NCBI GenBank assembly: GCA_035559535.1
Contig: DATMBG010000032.1
Span: 124,001 to 147,039, forward strand
Direction: 5' to 3'
Origin: Candidatus Limnocylindrales bacterium
GTDB lineage: Bacteria; Moduliflexota; Moduliflexia; Moduliflexales; JAUQPW01
DNA: 23,039 nt
Shown here: one piece after another, positions 7,602-16,848 of the stretch
How the letters are laid out: the number at the start of each line of letters is the position of its first letter
How positions within the stretch are numbered: the first letter of the stretch is position 1
The notes under the pieces: model-generated
Told to the model about the DNA's origin: nothing
Databases searched by the model: none
Seen by the model: the letters and a program-made list of their open reading frames with translations, nothing else
Translations under genes and position numbers: made by a program

Positions 7602-8330
7602 CTACCCCTGGTTCAGAGTATCTATGAAGTCCTCATCGGGAGATATTCCCAGAGAGAAATCCCATCGCACCAATCCTTTAAAGGCCAGGATTAATTTGAT
7701 GACCTCTCGTAAATCTTCCACTTCAAGGAGGTATATCAACGCATCTTGGGAACTTCCTACCTTTAAAACGCTGGCCCGTTCATTAACCCCGGTCGACCAT
7801 CGAACCTCTTTTCTGAGCCTCAGGACTTCGGGAAGTTTTTCCATTTCAAAGGAGCCGGTTGCGATAAGAAGTTGACCCCGACTTGGGATACTTTTATAAT
7901 CGGCCGGTTTACGCTCTAATAAAGCTAATTCCAGGGCCATATAGATGGCCTCTTCATTACTCTTTTCCAGTCGTCTGGCCATCTGAGTAAGCATTTCGAT
8001 TCCCGTCTCCGGGCTTTCCCGAAGGACTTCTCGGAAGTTTTCCTGATCTAACTTAACTAAAACGGCATCTTGAATAACCTCAGCAGTTGCCGTTCGATTA
8101 GCCCTTAAGAGAAGACTCATCTCTCCAAAATATTCCCCGGTAGTTAACGTAGAGAGCGTTTTGTTGACTCCTTCCATAACACGCTTGTAAATGAGAACCT
8201 GACCGTCCAGAATAACATACATAAAATCCCCGGGATCATTTTCTTTAAATAAAATGGTTCCGGCCTTAACTTCTAGTTTCTTATACTTACTTAAGACTTC
8301 TAAATTCATGAACGATCGATTTATTTGCAA
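7602..8330 (-). CDS. Cyclic nucleotide-binding domain protein with an unassigned C-terminal domain
   Basis: LFKENDPGDFMYVILDGQV...GEYFGEMSLL..ANRTATA. No recognisable Crp HTH. The start may be the ATG at 8309. Confidence 0.85.
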   Translation of the reverse strand: MQINRSFMNLEVLSKYKKLEVKAGTILFKENDPGDFMYVILDGQVLIYKRVMEGVNKTLSTLTTGEYFGEMSLLLRANRTATAEVIQDAVLVKLDQENFREVLRESPETGIEMLTQMARRLEKSNEEAIYMALELALLERKPADYKSIPSRGQLLIATGSFEMEKLPEVLRLRKEVRWSTGVNERASVLKVGSSQDALIYLLEVEDLREVIKLILAFKGLVRWDFSLGISPDEDFIDTLNQG

Positions 8331-8342
8331 GAGTACGGTTAT

Positions 8343-9422
8343 TTACATCCGTCCCAGATATTTCTGGAAAGTTTCCCGATCTACACACTTATCAAAGGCC
8401 TCTTCGGTAGTTATTTTTCCCATTTTCAACAGATCAATAATAGCCTGATCCATGGTTTGCATACCTTCTCTTCGGCCCGTTTGTATCACGGAAGGAATTT
8501 GATAAGTTTTGCCTTCTCGAATCAAATTGGCTATGGCAGGAGTTCCAACCAATATCTCGATGGCAACAACACGCCCTTTTCCGTCAGCCCGTTTAAGGAG
8601 CTGTTGGGAAATAACCCCTTTAAGGGATTCTGAAAGTTGGGTGCGAATTTGAGCCTGCTGACCGGAAGGAAACGCATCTATAATTCGATCTATGGTCTTG
8701 GCAGCACTGTTGGTATGCAAGGTTCCAAAGACCAGATGACCGGTCTCGGCTGCGGTGATGGCCAAAGAAATTGTTTCCAGATCTCGCATTTCTCCGATAA
8801 GGATGACATCTGGATCTTCTCGAAGGGCTGCTCGAAGGGCGTTGGAAAAGGATAGGGTATTGGAGCCAAGTTGTCTTTGGTTAATCAGGCTATTTTTGTT
8901 TACATGAACGAATTCCACAGGGTCTTCGATAGTAATGATATGAACTTTCCTTTCCCGATTGATCAGATCGATCAGGGAGGCCAGGGTGGTTGATTTACCG
9001 GATCCGGTGGGACCTGTAACCAAAACTAATCCTTTATGGAGTCGGGTAAACTTTGCCAAGGTTTTCGGGAGCCCCAGCTCTTCCAGAGAGAGAATCTGGT
9101 TTGGAATCAGCCTGAAGGCTGCTCCCACCCCCTTCAATTGTTCAAAAATATTGGTTCGAAACCTTCCGATCCCCGGAGCCTGGTAAGCAAAGTCAAGTTC
9201 TTTTCTTTCCTCAAACTCTTGAATCTGCTCTTCGGTCAGGATCTCATAGAGAAGTTTTCTCAACTGATCGGATTGAAGAGGGGATTCGGAAATTACGCCC
9301 AGGGAATCCATCTTTTCCAATTCCCCATGGATTCTAACCAAAGGATAAGCGCCGACAGTTAGATGGAGATCCGAAGCTTCCTTCTCTACCATTCTTTTAA
9401 GAAGCTCGTCGATTTGCGGCAT
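8343..9422 (-). CDS. pilT: Type IV pilus retraction ATPase PilT
   Basis: ASDLHL, GPTGSGKSTT, TIEDPVE, LREDPDVILIGEMRD, GTLHT, AIANLIRE, GMQTMDQ. Confidence 0.95.
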   Translation of the reverse strand: MPQIDELLKRMVEKEASDLHLTVGAYPLVRIHGELEKMDSLGVISESPLQSDQLRKLLYEILTEEQIQEFEERKELDFAYQAPGIGRFRTNIFEQLKGVGAAFRLIPNQILSLEELGLPKTLAKFTRLHKGLVLVTGPTGSGKSTTLASLIDLINRERKVHIITIEDPVEFVHVNKNSLINQRQLGSNTLSFSNALRAALREDPDVILIGEMRDLETISLAITAAETGHLVFGTLHTNSAAKTIDRIIDAFPSGQQAQIRTQLSESLKGVISQQLLKRADGKGRVVAIEILVGTPAIANLIREGKTYQIPSVIQTGRREGMQTMDQAIIDLLKMGKITTEEAFDKCVDRETFQKYLGRM

Positions 9423-9425
9423 AAT

Positions 9426-10577
9426 TTACTGTCCCAGCGTTTGAACAAGTTTAAAGTAGGGTGCAAACATGGCCAGGGCGACGATGGCGGTTAAAATTCC
9501 CATCACCACAATGAGAACCGGCTCGATGGTCGACGACAGGGTATTAATAGTACTCTCTATCTCGGCATCATAGAGATCCGAAACTTTAAAGAGCATCGCT
9601 TCCAGTTTGCCGGCTTCTTCTCCTGTAGCTATCATATCTACCACCAAATCTGGAAAGACCCGGGTCTTTCGTAAAGGCTCTTCCAACCTTCCTCCCATTT
9701 CCACATGCTCCGAGACTTTTTCGATGGCTTCGGCTACCACCAGATTTTCTGAAGTATCCTTAACAACCTGTAGGGCCTGGACCAAAGGAACACCACCCCG
9801 GATTAAGGTACCAAACGTCTGAACAAAACGGGCTACCAACATTTTTCTATAGAGAGGGCCGAAAATAGGAAGGTTCATTTTAAGACGATCATAAAATCGC
9901 CGTCCACTGAGAGTTCTTCGGTAGAGAAGATGAAAAATGACCAGTACGACGATCAGGCCGAACCATAACCACCAATAGCCGACGATTAAATTGCTCACAC
10001 CGATCAGAATCCGGGTAGGCAGGGGTAATTCCATGCCTTGGGCCTGGAATAAATCTCGAAAAATAGGTATAACCCCGGCAAAGAGAACAAGTACTACCAG
10101 AAAGGCTGCAATAAGGGTGATGACAGGATATCTTAAAGCATTCTTTATCTTTCGTTTAATATTATCTTCTTTTTCAATGGCATCGGCTATAATTTTCAGC
10201 GATCTCTCCAGAGAACCTCCTTTTTCGGCCACTTTAATCATATTTACAAAAAGTTTGGAGAAAACTCTGGGATGTTTAGCCAGGGCCTCTGAAAAGGAAT
10301 TTCCGATTTCAATATCCTGAGCAATCTGATTAATGACCCTCTGCAGCACGGGATCACTGGTTCTAGGCTCCAAAAGCTTGAGGCTCTTTAATAAAGGAAT
10401 TCCTACATCTACCAGGGTAGAAAGTTGTCGAGAAAAGGTTGCAACCGATTTAACAGAGACCTTTTCCCTGGAAATCTGTGTGGGCGGTACCACTACCTCT
10501 GAAACGAGTTCTGTTTTTGTCTGGCTTGGTGTTCGAGTCTCTACAGGATTAGAAAACTCCTTATCATTTGTGTCCAT
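9426..10577 (-). CDS. pilC: Type IV pilus platform protein PilC / GspF family
   Basis: FSRQLSTLVDVGIPL, FSEALAKHPRVF, ALRYP, LPLPTRIL, GEEAGKLE, IEPVLIV; SD AAGGAGG. Confidence 0.92.
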   Translation of the reverse strand: MDTNDKEFSNPVETRTPSQTKTELVSEVVVPPTQISREKVSVKSVATFSRQLSTLVDVGIPLLKSLKLLEPRTSDPVLQRVINQIAQDIEIGNSFSEALAKHPRVFSKLFVNMIKVAEKGGSLERSLKIIADAIEKEDNIKRKIKNALRYPVITLIAAFLVVLVLFAGVIPIFRDLFQAQGMELPLPTRILIGVSNLIVGYWWLWFGLIVVLVIFHLLYRRTLSGRRFYDRLKMNLPIFGPLYRKMLVARFVQTFGTLIRGGVPLVQALQVVKDTSENLVVAEAIEKVSEHVEMGGRLEEPLRKTRVFPDLVVDMIATGEEAGKLEAMLFKVSDLYDAEIESTINTLSSTIEPVLIVVMGILTAIVALAMFAPYFKLVQTLGQ

Positions 10578-10596
10578 TTGGACCTCCTTCTATTTT

Positions 10597-12732
10597 CTAA
10601 AGTATAACCCGGATAACTTCTTCAACCGTCGTAATACCTGCTAAAACCTTTTTAATACCACTCTGTAAGAGTGTACTCATCCCCTCTTCGATAGCTTTAG
10701 CTTTGATAACCGATTCAGGAGCATGGGTTACAATCAAATCTTTTATAGATTCAGAGACTTTTAAGACCTCGAATACACCGGTCCTTCCCAAATAACCTGT
10801 ATGAAAACACCGATCACACCCGGTACCCTTAAAAAATACCATATCTTTATGCCGGGGTATTTTAAGTTCTTCCAGCATTTTGGGATCCGGTTTATATTCT
10901 ACTTTACAATAGGGACAGACTTTTCTAAGCAACCGTTGAGCGATGACCCCGATAAGGGCGCTGGCAATCCAGAAAGGTTGAACGCCTAAGTACGACAGGG
11001 TTGAAACAACTCCTACCGCATCCTGGGTATGAAGGGTACTTAAAAGTTGTTGACCGGTCAAAGCAGCTCTAACAGCGACTTGAGCCGTCTCGGGATCTCT
11101 GATTTCTCCTACCATCAAGGTGTTGGGATCCTGTCGTAGGATAGCTCTCAAACCATTGGCAAAGGTCAGGCCACTTTTTACATCTACCTCAATCTGATTG
11201 ATACCCGGTAGTTGGTACTCCACGGGGTCTTCAATGGTCATAATATTTTTGGTAAGAATATTAATGGCATTGAGAGCTGAATAAAGGGTGGTAGTTTTTC
11301 CACTTCCAACCGGCCCTGTTACCAGAATCATCCCGTAAGGGGTTGCGATAAATTTCTCAACCTTTTCCAGATCCTCCGGCTCAAACCCCAGTTGTTTCAA
11401 TCCCGTTATAACCCGACCTTCGTTCAGTAATCGAACCACCAACCTCTCTCCCAATTTGGTAGGTACCGTGGCAATACGGAGATAGTAATCAACGTCTTTG
11501 ATTTTCATGGTGATATGCCCGTCTTGAGGTTGTCGTCTCTCGGTAATGTCCATATCGGCCAGAACCTTAATTCGAGAGATCACAGGGGAATGAAGATGCC
11601 TGGGAAGGGTCATAATATCATGGAGAAGTCCGTCAATTCGATATCGAACACGTAGTTGTTCTTGTTGCTGGGGTTCTAAATGAATATCGGTTGCATTGGC
11701 ATTAATAGCTCCTTCTATGATGGAGGCAACCAATTGCACTGTTGAAACGTCTTCAACCAACTCTCCTACATTGGTAGTTAAAACGGCATTGATCTGCTGC
11801 TCAATCGAGACATTTTTAGTCTCACGTTCTTCGACCTTCTCCTTACCCTCAAAAAGCCGATGGATCATTTCCTCTAACTCTTTTTCTGTGGTTAATAAAG
11901 GGATCACCTCTTTTCCCGTAATCATACGGATGTTATCCTTCACAACAACATTCAGGGGATCTATGAGAGCTACATAGAGTTTTTTCTCTTCTACCCGGAC
12001 CGGTAAGGCTTTATTTTCCCGAATAAAAGTCTCCGGAACTAGAAAAACCGCTTCCTTCTCGATGGGATAATTCTGCAGATTAATATACGGAATGTTAAGG
12101 TATTTACCCAGAGCTTTGCCGATCTTCTCAGCGGATAAAATTCCTTCATCGATCAAAATCTGACCCAGACTTTTTCCCGTTTTTTTAGCTTCCCTTTTGG
12201 CTCGATTTAATTGGGTTTTTGTAATCTGATTGGTATTAACCAGGATCTCTCCCACGAGTCTTTCCAAACTGGGTCTGCGGACCTGGTACATCTGATACTT
12301 CAAAACCGAATTCATGGTGTTGATATCCACCAGTCTTAGGTTAATCAGTGTGCGCCATAAAGGAAGACCCGTTTCCTCTTGTTCCTTTCGGGCCTTTTTT
12401 AGCTCTTCCTCGGTAATATACTTTTCTTCTACTAAAAGACGACCCAGTTCGGTTTCATCTATATATTTTTGGAGTTCTTCCTCGGTCGTAAGACCCGTTT
12501 CCAGGAGAATTTTCTTTAACTCTTTATTGCTATCCCTGCTCCCAAAGGGAAAGGGAATTTCGTACGTTAAAACGTCTAAAATTTGTTGAATGGAAATCTC
12601 TTTTTTCAGAATTTCCATCAATCTGGATCCGGTTCTTTCCTGTTCGCGCAAAGCCTTCTCAAGTTGGCTTGAAGTTAAAAGCCCGGCATCCCTTAAAATT
12701 TCCCCCAATCTTTTTTCTTTATTCTCCTCCAT
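10597..12732 (-). CDS. pilB: PilB/GspE assembly ATPase with an extended multi-MshEN N-terminus
   Basis: ATDIHLEP, RYRIDG, GPVGSGKTTT, LRQDP..MVGEIRD, CPYC/CDRC Zn motif; 711 aa; N-terminal RLGEILRDAGLL...LEKALREQ. Confidence 0.93.
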   Translation of the reverse strand: MEENKEKRLGEILRDAGLLTSSQLEKALREQERTGSRLMEILKKEISIQQILDVLTYEIPFPFGSRDSNKELKKILLETGLTTEEELQKYIDETELGRLLVEEKYITEEELKKARKEQEETGLPLWRTLINLRLVDINTMNSVLKYQMYQVRRPSLERLVGEILVNTNQITKTQLNRAKREAKKTGKSLGQILIDEGILSAEKIGKALGKYLNIPYINLQNYPIEKEAVFLVPETFIRENKALPVRVEEKKLYVALIDPLNVVVKDNIRMITGKEVIPLLTTEKELEEMIHRLFEGKEKVEERETKNVSIEQQINAVLTTNVGELVEDVSTVQLVASIIEGAINANATDIHLEPQQQEQLRVRYRIDGLLHDIMTLPRHLHSPVISRIKVLADMDITERRQPQDGHITMKIKDVDYYLRIATVPTKLGERLVVRLLNEGRVITGLKQLGFEPEDLEKVEKFIATPYGMILVTGPVGSGKTTTLYSALNAINILTKNIMTIEDPVEYQLPGINQIEVDVKSGLTFANGLRAILRQDPNTLMVGEIRDPETAQVAVRAALTGQQLLSTLHTQDAVGVVSTLSYLGVQPFWIASALIGVIAQRLLRKVCPYCKVEYKPDPKMLEELKIPRHKDMVFFKGTGCDRCFHTGYLGRTGVFEVLKVSESIKDLIVTHAPESVIKAKAIEEGMSTLLQSGIKKVLAGITTVEEVIRVIL

Positions 12733-12817
12733 GCTGAATTACTCTCATTTTGTTCCATGGAAAGTAAATCTGTATTTTTTATGTAAAATACTAAATTTAC
12801 AGGGATTAGCTTTCTTC

Positions 12818-12846
12818 AGCTTAGGATAATTCGAAAAAACTGTCAA
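12818..12846 (-). promoter_or_regulatory. Putative sigma70 promoter of the pil operon
   Basis: Minus strand TTGACA-17 bp-TAAGCT. Confidence 0.55.
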
Positions 12847-12919
12847 GGAAAAAATCTGAAGAAGTCCCACCTATTAGCAATTTAACCCCTGACACTAACA
12901 GTCTATGAATGACCCGGGG

Positions 12920-13816
12920 TTAGGAGGAAGGGTGGGGTTGGGTTTTCCATCTGTTATGAACCCAAAACCACTGATCGGGGTATCGACGAATATACTCCTC
13001 TAAAACTTGGGTCATAGTGGCCGTGTTTAGCCGGATATCCCGTTGAATATCTCCTGTTCGTTGCAATGGGACCTCTTTCTCAATATAAAGGGTATGTTCA
13101 TCCAATCCAGTTCTGATGATAAACATAGGCACAATGGGTGCCTGATATTTTAAAGCCAGCAGAGCGACCACCGGGGTGGTACAGGCCGGTTTACCGAAAA
13201 AATCTACAAACACCCCGGCCTCTTTAGAGGTATTCTGATCTATCAAGATGCCCAGGGATTCTTTATTTTTTAAGACCTTCATCATATCCCTGAGGCTTTT
13301 TCTACTTGTTAAGAGGGTATGTCCGAAGCGAGTTCGAAGGGCGGAGGCCCATTGATCCAGAAGGGGATTATCCAAAGGTCGTACAACCAGGGTTGCAAAA
13401 TACCCATGTGCAGCCAGAGCCGCCGCCATCAGTTCCCAATTCCCAAAATGACCCGTATAAACGATAACCCCACGGCCTTTATCCCGTGCCTTTAAATAGT
13501 TTTCCAGGCCTATGAGGGTTACTTTTGTTTTAAGATAAGTTTTATCGAGTTTTGAAAGACGGATTGTCTCTATCAGGGATTTACCCAGATTCCGACAGGC
13601 AGACCGGGCAATAGCGGACCGTTCTGAGGGAGAGTACGTGGTTCCAAAGGCAATCTCCAGGTTTTTTAAGGCAATCTGTCTCCGCCGCCTACCCAACGCA
13701 TAGAATATTTCCCCCAGAAACTCTCCCATCTTTAAAGAAAGCGTAGGGGGAAGATAATAAAAACCTCGGGTAAGGCTATAAATCAAGAGGAATTCTATAT
13801 AGTGCCTGATGCGCAT
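12920..13816 (-). CDS. lpxL: Lipid A late acyltransferase (LpxL/HtrB family)
   Basis: GHFGNWE, GILIDQ, FVDFFGKPA, IRRYPDQWFWVHNRWK; adjacent to lpxK. Confidence 0.88.
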   Translation of the reverse strand: MRIRHYIEFLLIYSLTRGFYYLPPTLSLKMGEFLGEIFYALGRRRRQIALKNLEIAFGTTYSPSERSAIARSACRNLGKSLIETIRLSKLDKTYLKTKVTLIGLENYLKARDKGRGVIVYTGHFGNWELMAAALAAHGYFATLVVRPLDNPLLDQWASALRTRFGHTLLTSRKSLRDMMKVLKNKESLGILIDQNTSKEAGVFVDFFGKPACTTPVVALLALKYQAPIVPMFIIRTGLDEHTLYIEKEVPLQRTGDIQRDIRLNTATMTQVLEEYIRRYPDQWFWVHNRWKTQPHPSS

Positions 13817-13849
13817 TTTTCTTTCGATTTTAGAAAATTGACTTTCCCT

Positions 13850-14959
13850 CTACCAATTTAATCGATTGATTAAAAATTGCTGAAACTCCTCATTTCCCTG
13901 GATTTGTAATCGAATACTCAGCACATAGAATAGATCGGTCCGGGGTTTGAATCCTTCCATACGGACCTCATCTTTTTCTGTTGTTATGACATAATCTACC
14001 TGAAGTGTCAAAGCTAAATCTTCGATCCTTTTCAATTCCCTTACAGAATAGGGATGGTGATCCGGGAATTCCAGGAAACGGAGGGGTGAGAGACCCACTT
14101 TTCTCAAAGAATTGAGGAAAGAGGAAGGGTTTCCAATTCCTGAGAAGGCAAGAATTTTTCGGGCCGTTGGGGAAGGTAACTTTACTTCCAGGGAATCTTG
14201 AAATTTTCTGAGGGTCGAAGGCTGGTAAAAGCCAGTCCAGATAGGGGCATGGGGATTTAAAGCCCGAAGGGTGTGACGGAGTTCTTCAACGGAGCTTACC
14301 TCGTCGCTCCGGGTTATTAAAAACAGATCGGCTCGACTTAAATTTTTAACAGGTTCCCTTAAAAATCCCCTGGGAATCAGAGATCCTCCTCCAAAAGGGT
14401 TGGTGGCATCTATCAAAACAATATCCAGATCCCGTTCTAATTGGAGATGTTGAAAGCCATCATCCAGGATGAAGGCATCGAGATGAAAATTTTTAAGGGC
14501 TTCCCTGCCGGCCTCGAATCGATTCGGTCCTATCATAACCGGCGTCTCTTTTAGTTTACGGGCCAGCATAGCTGGTTCATCTCCGATTTTTCGAAAGGAA
14601 GTTTTGGAGTCTCCTATAGAAATGCCCTTGAGTCGTCGACCATAACCCCTGCTTAAAATGGCCGTTTTTTTACCCAGGGTAGAAAAAACATGGACCAGGA
14701 CCTCCACAAGGGGAGTTTTTCCGGTCCCCCCAAGGGTTATATTTCCTACACTAATTACCTTGCAGGGGAGCCTTTGGCTTTTTAAAAAGCGGGTTTTATA
14801 CAAAAGAGCCCGCCCCTGGATCAGGAATTTGTAAACCCAGGAGAGAAAGGTAAGGAAATAAAGAAAAACTTGAACCGGGAATCCCGGAGAAGGGGCCTTG
14901 AGAATAGAAAAGTATCTCGTCAATAGAAACTTCCTGATCTTCCAGAACACGAACGACAT
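13850..14959 (-). CDS. lpxK: Tetraacyldisaccharide 4'-kinase
   Basis: VISVGNITLGGTGKTP, LSRGYG, GDEP, LDDGFQH, GFLREP, FPDHH, TTEKDEV. Confidence 0.96.
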   Translation of the reverse strand: MSFVFWKIRKFLLTRYFSILKAPSPGFPVQVFLYFLTFLSWVYKFLIQGRALLYKTRFLKSQRLPCKVISVGNITLGGTGKTPLVEVLVHVFSTLGKKTAILSRGYGRRLKGISIGDSKTSFRKIGDEPAMLARKLKETPVMIGPNRFEAGREALKNFHLDAFILDDGFQHLQLERDLDIVLIDATNPFGGGSLIPRGFLREPVKNLSRADLFLITRSDEVSSVEELRHTLRALNPHAPIWTGFYQPSTLRKFQDSLEVKLPSPTARKILAFSGIGNPSSFLNSLRKVGLSPLRFLEFPDHHPYSVRELKRIEDLALTLQVDYVITTEKDEVRMEGFKPRTDLFYVLSIRLQIQGNEEFQQFLINRLNW

Positions 14960-14967
14960 AACCCCGA

Positions 14968-15720
14968 TTAAATATGTCCATCCTGGTAGGAGTCTCCCAT
15001 ACTACTTTCCATTAATTTTAAAAGCTGTTCTTTGGTAACCTGTTTGCGTTCCCTCATCACATACTGGCCGTATTCCCATTTGTAAATTCCCAGCATATAT
15101 TCGCTCCAGTGGTAGCGACTGGCTGATAAAATCTCTACATTTCCATCCTTATCCAGGTCACTCAGCCAGATACCCTCATCGGCCGTTAAAAACTCTGTCA
15201 AGTACTGGGGATTGTTATACCTGAAACGAGTAAAGTATTCTCCGTTGAGGGTTTTGTAGGTCTTTCCATCAAATAAAACTGCATCCAGGTAGGTTCGATG
15301 GGCTCCGGAGGTTGTAAAGAGCATGATTTCGAGAACTCCTTCTGGATTCAGACCCTTTATGAAAAGATTTTCATAATTTTTTCCAAAGGTCGGAACCTTC
15401 CAGACCCAAAACAAATGAAACTTTCCTCTTCTCACTTCGCTGCGCCGTAAAGCCCCCCACCAAATCTGACCAGTAGAATCCCTTAGGGTTTGCAGTTGCT
15501 TAAAAACTACGATGATATCCCGGTTAACAAAATCTACCTGTTCCAGAACGGAGTTAGGAGGAAGAAATGCTTGAATGGCCGATGAGTCCGGTGAAGATTG
15601 GCCCCAGGCTATGGGAGCTCCTGGTAGGATGAAAAGTCCCTTTTCAGATCCCTGATCCGGATAAATAGATAACAAAATGCCGGTAATCGCAATATAAAGA
15701 AAAGCTTTGTGTACTTCCAT
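14968..15720 (-). CDS. Hypothetical exported protein
   Basis: 250-aa ORF with a hydrophobic N-terminus and one DLDKDGNVEI (FG-GAP/VCBS-like Ca-binding) motif; 8 bp from lpxK. Confidence 0.7.
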   Translation of the reverse strand: MEVHKAFLYIAITGILLSIYPDQGSEKGLFILPGAPIAWGQSSPDSSAIQAFLPPNSVLEQVDFVNRDIIVVFKQLQTLRDSTGQIWWGALRRSEVRRGKFHLFWVWKVPTFGKNYENLFIKGLNPEGVLEIMLFTTSGAHRTYLDAVLFDGKTYKTLNGEYFTRFRYNNPQYLTEFLTADEGIWLSDLDKDGNVEILSASRYHWSEYMLGIYKWEYGQYVMRERKQVTKEQLLKLMESSMGDSYQDGHI

Positions 15721-15818
15721 AGATCTATACGGCAGGGGTCAGCTTCTTAAAACTGTCCCACCCGGGACGGTGATCTGTTACCGGGTTGGATCCGGGTTCC
15801 AGGTCACCTCCACGAAGA

Positions 15819-16541
15819 TTAAAAGAAGAAAAGAAATCCGAAGTTGATATTAAACCCACCCAAATCCAAGTCGGTCATCGGTGTATCTGCGGTGACGATG
15901 TGGTACTGGACTTCACCCATAAAAGCGGTCCCGGGGCTTATGGGAGCAACAAATCCCCCTAAAAAGTGGAACCCAACTTCGGTTCCGTTATCCACCTCCG
16001 GGGAAAGGAGAGGAACGGTCGAACCGACTACAGAAGTTTTATCCACATTCCAGGGATAGAGTCCGATTCCACTTCCCAGATAAGGTTTGAAGGAAACTCC
16101 AGAGAAAACATATTTGAGGGAAAGCAGAATCGGAACAATGGTTAATTTGATATCAGAAGGAGCCAGGGAGGGGGGGGGCGTCGTACTTCCTTTGTAATAT
16201 CCGATACTGGGCGTTAGATATAAGTTAGGGGCCAGGCTCAAATCCAATTCTGCTCCAAAAAAAATATCGTTAAAATCACTCTTATCAAGACCCTGAAACC
16301 CTTCATCTGCACTGGGGATGAAATAACCGAGTTTAAGACCCAGTGCGTTTGGAAGTTGAGTCCTTCGCGGATAACGTGGATAGCGAGGAGGTTGGAGAGA
16401 GTCCGGTTTACTCAAATCCAGGGGGGGTATTTCTTGTACAGTCTGTGGATTTTGTTTTTGGATCGGCTGCTGGGCTAAAGAATAAGTCGAGGAAAAAATA
16501 AATCCAAAAAGAACAAGGAAGATAAATAACTGTTTTTTCAT
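15819..16541 (-). CDS. Outer-membrane beta-barrel protein (OmpW/OmpA-barrel-like)
   Basis: Signal peptide ending SLA, alternating beta-strands (GLKLGYF, KPYLGSGIG, GEVQYH), C-terminal Phe (NINFGFLFFF). Confidence 0.85.
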   Translation of the reverse strand: MKKQLFIFLVLFGFIFSSTYSLAQQPIQKQNPQTVQEIPPLDLSKPDSLQPPRYPRYPRRTQLPNALGLKLGYFIPSADEGFQGLDKSDFNDIFFGAELDLSLAPNLYLTPSIGYYKGSTTPPPSLAPSDIKLTIVPILLSLKYVFSGVSFKPYLGSGIGLYPWNVDKTSVVGSTVPLLSPEVDNGTEVGFHFLGGFVAPISPGTAFMGEVQYHIVTADTPMTDLDLGGFNINFGFLFFF

Positions 16542-16848
16542 AGATCTTCTGCAGCTAAAACCCTTAATGACAGCCAGGGAAAAGCTGCTTTCTTGATAGG
16601 TTCACTTCCAAGATACCGATTAAAAAGATCAGTTCATTTTTCGTTTTCTATTGATTTCCCCATAACTGATCTATAATATAAATCATGTATATTTCCTTTG
16701 CACGGGGAATACCTTCTAGGAAAAGAATAAATTAAAGGGGTGAAAAAATAGAAGAAAAAGAAAAGAATGGAGAGATTGAGGGAATAAGCCCTGTCCTTTC
16801 ATTCTTCTTCCATTCTTTGGTTTGTTTTTTTCCTTAAATAAGAAGCCT

